A stretch of DNA of 64,000 bases, taken from assembly GCF_006345805.1 (NCBI RefSeq), contig NC_042997.1, forward strand, positions 36,332,001 to 36,396,000, read 5' to 3'. The translations under genes were made by a program, and so were the position numbers. Numbering within the stretch: position 1 is the first letter of the stretch; each line of letters opens with the position of its first letter. The notes beneath the pieces were generated by a model, which was not told the origin of the DNA, did no database searches, and was given only the letters and a program-made list of their open reading frames with translations. Shown one piece after another: positions 54,561-64,000 of the stretch. Source of the DNA: Octopus sinensis. Lineage: Eukaryota.

Positions 54561-55132
54561 AGTGTTGCTTTAGCTGTAGTTGTTGAATCTCATTTGGAAC
54601 CTGATGGAGCAGACTTATGTTCAAGTGTATGTCAGCTATAACGACCTTTCCATTTAGGGTATGGTGGAACATTACATAAGTTATCTTTCCCACCATATTC
54701 TAACTATAGTTATGCATGACATCAGATAGGTTTAGCTGTTACATTTAGCTGTTATAATAAGCATATAGAGGTTTCCACATTCTCACTATTAATACTGTTG
54801 TTGTTGTTGTTTTGAAAATTCGTAAACATCACTGGCTTTCAATTATTTCTAATTCCCTTTGCCACAGTCAAGGGTGGGTAAGAGAAATGTAACCACATTT
54901 GCATTTATATATTTTCCAAACGAGGTCGCATGAGAAAGTCCACATCATTGATTTGTGCATACCTTTCAATTGTAGCATCAAAGAAAAAATAAGTAAATAA
55001 CTGCTTTTCTGTATTTAATGTTTGAAGGTTTCGATTTGAATCCGTGGACATGAATATGGAAAGGCTTATTCGAAGGCCCCCATTGCCAGAGATGTTTTAG
55101 AAGCAGTGTGGCAATAGTAGTAGTAGTAGTAA

Positions 55133-55165
<33 letters not shown>

Positions 55166-55190
55166 AAGCAGCAGCAGCAGCAGCAGTAGC

Positions 55191-55246
<56 letters not shown>

Positions 55247-55940
55247 CAGTAGTGAACTTATGCACTAGCAGTGATAAAGCATATGACAAAATATAGAAAC
55301 CATTCTACAACTCAAAACCTTGCACCGTTTTCAAAAGATAGCACTTTTAGTTATAGACAGCAACCTACAAAAGACACGTTTTACTTCAATAGGAGAATTC
55401 TAGCGCTCTTTGCATACAACACGTACCCTATACAATAAATAGCCCACCCAATACAATAAGTCAGCATATACTCTTCACAATCAACACAATAAAATATTAC
55501 AACACATACCTTGCATAATCGATTCCCGAGACTATAACTCCAACAGCTCAAAAAATTCGTATTTTATATAGTTGCTATAAGACAGTTAGCACGTACTTTA
55601 TACATATGTCGTCCAGCACGGAAAAGCATAACATCAACAATCCTACGTATTCGAAACACGACGCAACGAAATAACTCAGTTCACATTCCACATATACCAT
55701 ATGACAGAAGAGTTTATTACATAATACATGAAACAATAAAACCGTTCCTATATAAAAGAAAGTCATTGATATAGTATACTAGCAAAATACTATATTCTCA
55801 AACGTCAATTTATGCACACAGGCAGAATAACGCGTATCTGTATCTGCTGTTACTGTAGAAATTGTATAAAATTTGAAAATATCACGATGGTGAAAACGAA
55901 AATGAAAGTAATAATAATAATTATTATTATTATTATTATT

Positions 55941-56496
55941 ATGACAATGCCCTGATGCAGTACCAGGCAGTGGCTCACGTGGCTTCTGATCTTAACTGAT
56001 TGGAAGTGTTATCATGTACATATTTTGGTCTTCGTATAAAAGATAGGCTACAGCAAATATTCTGTTCATAACACAGATTTGCTTGTCAGTTGTTTGACCT
56101 TAACCAGTTGCGAAAGTCCCTTATTGGCTGATGATATGTGCATCCTTGATCACGAGCAGAGGTAGTGGGGGAGCTTCATAGGCATGTATTGAGAGGGATT
56201 CTTTGGGAATAATTCACCTCTGGAAACATGGATGTTTGGTTCAACAGCCTTAAACAACCCTTATTCAGGGACCTTTTGAGAGGGATGGGTTATTTGACCA
56301 GAAGAAAATTCTAACTTCGCCCCACCTGCAAGGTCATGCGCTGTTTATCTCGATATGAGATCACCATGTTGCGCACGTATGGCTGTGATGCATGTACCTA
56401 GTGTATTCTTATCAGGCGGGTAGTCATGATGGGTATACTGGTTTTCGTGTATTTTACCCCAGTGTCACTTTGAAGGCATGCACTGCTCTCTCACTC

Positions 56497-56497
<1 letters not shown>
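55941..56497 (+). mobile_element. Family D, longest and more diverged copy
   Basis: Starts ATGACAATGCCCTGATGCAG; same 3' end with an (AAT)n tail. Confidence 0.9.
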
Positions 56498-56530
<33 letters not shown>

Positions 56531-56559
56531 GTAATTTTATTATTATTATTATTATTATT

Positions 56560-57215
56560 ATTTGTGGAAAAAATCGTGAAACCGTATGACATATTACCAG
56601 TCAATGTACGCCACTAGCCCAGGAGGAAGATAGGATACATCACGACAATACAGCAAGGCTTGTCCATTGGACGCTTTGCAACAAGTATGGACTTGACAGA
56701 ACAAAAAATTGGTACCACCATAAACTTGAAGGCATCAACGAAAATCATAATGCAAAGATCTTGTGGGATTTTATGTTTCAGTGCGACCATGAAATAGAGA
56801 ATAGGAAGCCAGACATAGTGATAATTGAGAAATAAAGCAAACGATTCTGGATCATAGATATAGCATGGTCAGCTGACAACAAGGTATGCAATAAGGAAGA
56901 AAGATAAGTTGATAGTTATGACAGGTTAGCTTTGGAGGTTGAGCAGTTGTGGTCGATGAAGAAGGTGGTAGTAGTACCAATAATTGCCGGAGCCCTGGGA
57001 ACAGAGAGTAAAAATCTTGAGAAATACATAAAACAAATACAGGCTGTAATAAGTGTGGAACACTTGCAGAAAATAGCACTGCTTGAAACCGCTCGAATAT
57101 TCCGGATGGTGCTCGAAAAATAAGTGGTGTTACCTTAGTTCACTTGTAGTGAACAGCTGATCGCATACTATATCTCGAGCGTTAGAAGCTGTGCAAAGTC
57201 AATAATAAGAATAGT
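56560..57215 (+). mobile_element. R4/Dong-type LINE, 3' part (CCHC, RHD-like, REL endonuclease)
   Basis: CGKNRETV.HITSQC, HDNTARLVHWTLC, KILWDF, RKPDIV, IIDIA, VPIIAGALG, LQKIALLETARI. Confidence 0.93.
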
Positions 57216-58983
57216 AATCTTTTCTACTCTAGGCAAAAGGACCGAAATTTTATTATGGTTATTTATGATTAGATCGACCCCAGTACGCATAATAACGATT
57301 ATATCTGTTTAGCTGTTGATTGAGGGCTGGGTGAAAGCCTCACCATATTGATATCGACTTAGCTATACAGTCTATAGATAGGTTTATCCTTACTCATTAT
57401 GAACAGGTGGAATATGGTGCTTCCAATATCCGTTTTTATAGTTGTGTTTTCACTCTGACCTTCTGTACTTCTGATGAGATTGATAATTAATATACTTAAA
57501 ACGAAAGGAAACCTATGGGCAAGTTTAGCCGAGCTGATTGCCCGGTTGAATAATAACTAATATTCTAGCGGAATAACAACAACAATAATGTAACAAGTAC
57601 ATAATTTATCTGTATTTATTAGTATCAATCCAGGAGCATAATATTCCCAAGAAAAATATTCTGATTTTGTCGGATTTTGTGAACCCTCGAAAGGGTGCTG
57701 CAGCATGGCTGCAGTCACATGACTGAGGCAAGTAAGAATAAAATTTTTAAAAAATTATTTCCTTAATCTTGAAAATAAGAAAAAGCAAGTTTGCTGTTGA
57801 TTAGCTGCCATTTGATAGCAAGTAAAGTAATCTAACCATTAGTATAAACCCTTTTAAACCCCACTCCTACCGTTCATGCCACGTATGAATATATAACAAT
57901 AATAAAGGTATTAATAATCGTTTAGGATTTTTTAAAGATGAAACCTCTGTTGTGTACAAGTGCAAGTGACGCTACTGTTAGTGAATAAGCTACAAATAAT
58001 GACTGAAAAACCTTTCTAAAAGTCCTGTGGAAAGACGTAACTATACAAATTTTTCTGTTACAAGACCCAGGATAACACCGGTAGAACTTTTATCTAAGCA
58101 AGCCTGCAGGAAACTTTCAAGATTTAATACTTGGTAATCCGATGAAGATATCTTTCAAACATACGCATGCTCACACTCTTTCTCTCATTCACACATGCAC
58201 ATGCTTTCTCTCTCTCTCTCTCTCACATATACACACACACACACACACTCAAACACACACACACGCAAACACACACACTCCCTCTCTCACAAAGTCTGTC
58301 ATGCTGATATGAAAAAAGGGAATAAACAATGATGTTTCCAAGGATGTAAATAAACTGTGATATGATTTTTGACGACCCGGGTAGTAAAGATAATGATGTT
58401 GCTAATATCGATATTGTTGTTCCTGTTGTTGTTGACGATGATAAAGATGATGATGACGAAAATAATAGTAATTTCATCTTGGCGCAACGCCACATACTAC
58501 AATAACAGAAATCATAAATAATTATGATAATAATAATAATTATATTGGGTGTGTACGTGTACTTATATGTATGTGTTCTAACGTGTATACGTAATTGTGT
58601 TTATGTTTGAAATATATATTATATATGTATAATGTATCTGTATGTGTGTATAAGTATGACTGTGCTGGTGTTGTTTTTGTGTGTGTGTGTGTGTGTGTAC
58701 ATGGCGAGAGAGTTACTCTGGGTAGGTATCCACAGCTGATTATGAGAATACTCTCCCCACAAGTACAAGATTTAGAGTATTACAATGAAATTTAAAGGGT
58801 TATTAATGATGTTAGCAATGATAATTACGATGATGAAATATATTGTCTCCAAATTCCTTTTTACCTCCTCCTCCTCCTCTTCATCCTTGGTATCATCACC
58901 GCAACTATCACAACCATTGCAATGATTAGATGACTGATCCCACGTCTTTTGAGGTCGCATAAACATATGTTCAGAGGCTTTAC

Positions 58984-59131
58984 CGCTTTGACTATCCAGC
59001 AGTCTTTTTAAGGCATGCTTTAAAATGGGTGTTATCAAATGTGCCTTATCTATTTTCAAAGCGATATCATATAATTCGGGCAGAATTTGGCTGCTATTTC
59101 TAACAAATTGTTCTATCACATGTGGATACGC
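58984..59131 (-). CDS. Candidate internal coding exon (148 nt, phase 0 to 1) of an unidentified gene
   Basis: Branch-like CCTGAC, TCCTTTCAATATAG acceptor, G|GTAAAG donor. Open frame AYPHVIEQFVRNSSQILPELYDIALKIDKAHLITPILKHALKRLLDSQSG in unique sequence. Confidence 0.4.
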
Positions 59132-60339
59132 CTATATTGAAAGGATTGTCAGGGTCATATGTCCACCGTGTAACAAATGTCTTTGTCGTACACATTTAAT
59201 TTCTTTTTAGTCAGTACTTGTGCTGGAATAAGGTTAGAATTCGACTTTGTGTTCCACACAGACAGCTTTCAGTATCGAGAGATATGTACATGCATTAATG
59301 CACAAAAATATTCACACACACAAGCACATGCAAACACACGCGTGCACGGACACACACGCACACACAGACACATATACATGGACTTACACGCGCACACGCA
59401 GACACAAACGAGCGCACACATATATATAAAAACAAGTAAACACACAGACACAGACAAACACAAACACACGCATACAATAACAGTCCTAGTCCTACAACAG
59501 CAACAAACATCACCAACTGAACCACACCATAATTACTTATATCAGGATCGCTGCCATTATCTTTAATACTACCGCGACTTCTGCTACTGTTTTAAGTATT
59601 ATTTTCAATTGTGTATAGGCAGGAAATATTTTGGGTAGGTACTAAATGTAAGTATTATATTACGGTTACATGTCCTCAGAGGACATTCCCAGTGTACACT
59701 GGATTTCATACTAGAAGCACGATTCGACACAGGGTAGCACAAAATTACAAAATATGCAGACGCTACCGATAGATCCTCGTCACAGACCGAAACAGCAGCG
59801 CTGATAATAACATTTGATATTTAACTTTAGTAGAGAGTAGCTTAATTTTTCGGTGGAGTAGTCGTATTCATAGACGTTATTGGTTAACTATTATATCATC
59901 CCCACATTAATCAGAAACGACGTTAGGTTCGGTGAAATTTGAATTCGGAATGTAGAGGCCCTTATGAAGAACACACAAATAAAAAGAAGAAAAGAAAATC
60001 ACTTTATAGCTTCAACTTAACCATCAAAAAGCACAACGACTACAAAAGTAGTGAAGCAATGAGAGAATTAGACTTGTCAGGATTAAAAGCTAAAACTACC
60101 TGAGATAAAATCATCAACGTCTTCTTAAAAGAGGAAGGCACATTGTAGTTCTAGATACCTAATGCCCATAGAGTGGCCGTCTTGAAAAATATTAGTGATA
60201 TATCTACTTAGGGAAAACACGGGACTAGAAAGCAACCATAACAATACTGACAATAATAACAGTTATAGCTATGGTTATTATTTTTTTTTTCTATTTCTAA
60301 CAATAATGATGATGAGAATAATGACAATGATACTCCTTT

Positions 60340-60540
60340 TTACTACAGGCATAAGGCCTGAAACTTTGGTGGTGGAGGCTAGTGGATTCTATTAACCCCA
60401 GTACTGAACTGGTTTGTACCTCATCGTCACCGAAAGGTTGAAAGCAAAGTCAAGTCGGCGGCATTTGAACTCAGAGCATAAAGACAGACATGATGCTGCT
60501 AAGTATTGTCCGGTGCGCTAACGATTTTCCCAGCTCACTC
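60340..60540 (-). mobile_element. SINE family A
   Basis: Tail variant plus GCATTTGAACTCAGA and CTAACGATT head. Confidence 0.8.
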
Positions 60541-60889
60541 CCTTAATAACAAAAACAACAACAACAACAACAATAATAATAATAATAATGTGATAGCGAT
60601 GATGATGGTGATGATGTCCCCCATCTAAAAAAGAAAAACCACGTTCTTGTGTTTTCAGTGGTTAGATTTGGCTTCCTCAGGTCATACTATGTGTACGTAA
60701 TGTAGAAAACATGGGAACGACAACGATGACCGTGGTAGAAATTGAACTCAGTACGCGGAGACGAATGTATATACAGCCATTCTATTTAAACACTGACTCC
60801 AACGTGTATGATACCACAGAAAAATGCTATTCATAATGAATAATGATCTGTAATATTAATACAGACAACAGGTTTTGTTCGATTAAATT

Positions 60890-61050
60890 AATCCCAGTAA
60901 TTGACTGGTACTTCCTTTTTATCGACTCTCGAAATGGTGGATGTTAATGTTGACCTTCGTGGTGTTTGAACCCTGCGTATAAAGAATCGTAACTCGATAC
61001 TGCAAGGCAATTTCTCTGTCGCTCTTAGAAAAGTCTGCCAACCCATTACA
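60890..61050 (-). mobile_element. SINE family A, degenerate
   Basis: CTGGTACTT...TTATCGAC...TTGACCT...TTTGAAC. Confidence 0.6.
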
Positions 61051-61075
61051 CAACTCACTGCTAACTCACTACTAT

Positions 61076-61110
<35 letters not shown>

Positions 61111-61185
61111 ATTGTAACAACAACAACAACAAAAGCAGCAGCAACAACATCATAAAACAACAACAACATAATAATAATGATGATG

Positions 61186-61254
<69 letters not shown>

Positions 61255-61257
<3 letters not shown>

Positions 61258-61530
61258 TTATCAGAGCACTAACAATCAAGTTCGAGGAATATGTCGGAGA
61301 AATTGGGATGGATGAGGGCAGAACATTCCCAAATAAAACTGCTCTACCAGGGACAGCTAGTGATTTGAAATTGGCGATTGGGTGTTGAGTATCGTCTGCA
61401 ATACTTAACACTTTAGTACGGAGTTTTATAATTTGTGGAGACAGACTCTGCGAGACCTATGACAAAAAGATGCTGTCCGCTGTCACTGAAGTAACCAGGG
61501 CAAGTAAGATCGAAAGCTCTGAAGAGTAAA

Positions 61531-61535
<5 letters not shown>
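61255..61535 (+). mobile_element. R4/Dong-type LINE, extreme 3' end, degenerate
   Basis: KFEEYVGEIGM...KTALPGTA plus 3' UTR; flanked by (AAT)n. Confidence 0.65.
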
Positions 61536-61580
<45 letters not shown>

Positions 61581-62786
61581 TAATAATAATAATAAGATTG
61601 TAAATGGTGAGCTTTCTTGGAACATCTTAGTTTAGGGAACGGCAAAAGATATCCCGGGATATTCATTATTTGTGTAATCTATACGATTTGAATGCGACTA
61701 AATTTCGAAACCGTGTCCCGAACTGAGGTCAATCGAAATAACAATGAACCATCTCTGCTTTCACACCGCTGGCCCCAAAACAACAGGTAGACTGGTTTTC
61801 ATATCAGACATCAAGTATCGTGTACGTAGGTGCAACGGTACCATTGCGAAAAAGAATAATAGACAGACAGACAGACAGAAGGATGTGATTAGAAGATATT
61901 GATGCAGTTTTCATGCTGAGGCTTATTTTCGAAATTAATTAATTGGTTTCCAGTTCAAATCCTTATAAATGACAATTGGTTTTGTAGACTCTAGTTGCAA
62001 AACATAGCTACACGGTATGCAGAGAGACGTCAAACAATGACAAAAAAAAAAAGAAAACAAGTATATACATAAGAAAACGAATCGTTGTAAAGAAAACAAG
62101 AAGAACAACAACAATAACAACACTCAAAGAAAACTAAATGTTTTGTAATAACATCAATAGCAAGAATTTAGAAATTTTTTTTTCGGGGAATAATTATATT
62201 AAAATCATTTCTAGTAACCTTAGGGATATTAACGATAGTAAGAAAATATGTAAATGAATGAGACGAGATAAAAATAAATCATGAATATCAAATAATACAT
62301 TATAGTGAGGCGCACACCCACATACACACATACACACAAACACACGCACGCACACGCGCACAAACATATACACGCACACGCGCACAAACATATACACGCA
62401 CAGTATATATACATACATTCATACATGAATACATGCATACAGTCATATATACATTCATATATGTACACGCACGCATATATATACATATAGATAATCACAC
62501 AAGAGTATCATTACATCTTTACATACATATATATATATTCAGACATACACACACGGGCACACACACACATATATACATTTTATGTATATCTGTATAAATC
62601 TAATTATACATAAAATATATATCATATATACATATGGTGGTGCCCCAGCATGGCCACAGTCTTCGGGCTGAAACATATAAAGGATTTATATTCAAATCTA
62701 CATATGTGCCTATTCATAGACATGCTCGGATAAACATGCACGCACACACATACACATACACACACACACACACAACGCACAAAGAT

Positions 62787-62819
<33 letters not shown>

Positions 62820-62869
62820 AACATAAATACATACATACGCACTTAGGTATATATATATATACATATATA

Positions 62870-62920
<51 letters not shown>

Positions 62921-63194
62921 GTGTGTGTGTGTATGTGTGCGTGTACGTATATAAACACACACGCACGAACATGCATGCATGCATGTAAGATACATTTACA
63001 CACACCTGCAAGTACATGCACACCCTAGCATTGACCAAAAGAACATGAGGATGACATAAAGGGACAAATATCAATTCATATAACCTTTTATTAATTTTTT
63101 GCACCCTTTACTGTAAGTCCGTAAGTTCTTTACATATACACATACATACGTATTTGTATGTATGGATGTTTATATATATATATATATATTATAT

Positions 63195-63228
<34 letters not shown>

Positions 63229-63344
63229 CATGTACGTATGTATGTTTGTATGTATATATGTACGCATGTATTACAGCTTTAGTGATTGTCACCCTTCATT
63301 TTTGACGGACCCTTATAGAGATTCATGCTTTCAGCCAGCCAGCC

Positions 63345-63355
63345 ATCCGTACATA

Positions 63356-63420
<65 letters not shown>

Positions 63421-63579
63421 CTATCTGTCTGTCTATCTATCTATACATCTATGTATCTGTCCGTCTATCTGTCTATATATCTATGTATCTGTCTGTCTAT
63501 CTGTCTATCTATCTATGTATCTGTCTGTCAATCTATCTATCTATCTGTCTGTCAATCTATCTATCTATCTATCTGTCTG

Positions 63580-63627
<48 letters not shown>

Positions 63628-63720
63628 CATATCTATCTTTCTCTCTATCTATATGTTTGTCTTTCTGTATGTATGTCTCTTTGTTTGCCTCTGTGCGTCT
63701 GTATGTCTGTCACTCTGTCT
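63345..63720. repeat. (TCTA)n/(TCTG)n tetranucleotide array
   Basis: Direct reading; similar array at 35607-35760. Confidence 0.97.
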
Positions 63721-64000
63721 ATATATATGTATGCGTGTATGTACATACATGACATATATATATTCGTGTGCATGTCTATATAATAAGATTGTTTCCGTTG
63801 TGTGTTCTAGTCTTTGTCTCATGAATAACGTTTAAAGCATAGTGTAAGACAACGACTATAAACAAGGACGATTAGGAACAATATGTGTGGCGAAATGTTT
63901 CTTTTATCGAGATACTCGCTCAAACACACGGATACACCATGAAACGCAAACGTAGAAAACCCACGAATGTAGAAAGAGAGACACTCTGACACGTACCAGC

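Noticed and set aside
57465-57510. CTGATGA…GAAA resembling a hammerhead core; similar partial cores at about 9165, 18370, 32698, 56128 and 61700
   Set aside because: No pairing stem II/III, or no NUH triplet in the right position.
59025-59210. Plus-strand peptide with piggyBac-like Cys/His spacing (C-x3-C-x12-C-x2-C-x4-C-x2-H)
   Set aside because: No upstream transposase homology, a stop at 58989-58991, and no TTAA/TIR ends. It overlaps a better-supported minus-strand exon candidate.

Overview
AT-rich eukaryotic, repeat-dominated DNA with no long intact ORF. The SINE, LINE and microsatellite landscape resembles cephalopod (Octopus-type) genomic DNA; this is inference from recalled repeat sequences, not a search. 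Almost all ORF-track entries are microsatellite or transposon artefacts. Supported content: (i) four tRNA-head SINE families (>25 copies, several with target-site duplications); (ii) a 5'-truncated CR1-group LINE; (iii) an L1/Tx1 LINE lacking its RT domain; (iv) at least five R4/Dong-type LINE remnants, most abutting (AAT)n; (v) a 560-bp (AAT)n-associated retroposon-like family with no Pol III head (3 copies); (vi) a non-autonomous Helitron and a deleted mariner. The most notable signals are a complete type-I minimal hammerhead ribozyme motif (12327-12433) inside a 114-bp near-perfect inverted duplication whose mirror copy has a dead GCC cleavage site, and a second degenerate hammerhead motif at about 1.1 kb. 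Several short splice-site-bounded exon candidates suggest the window may lie within a large-intron gene, but no gene could be identified.
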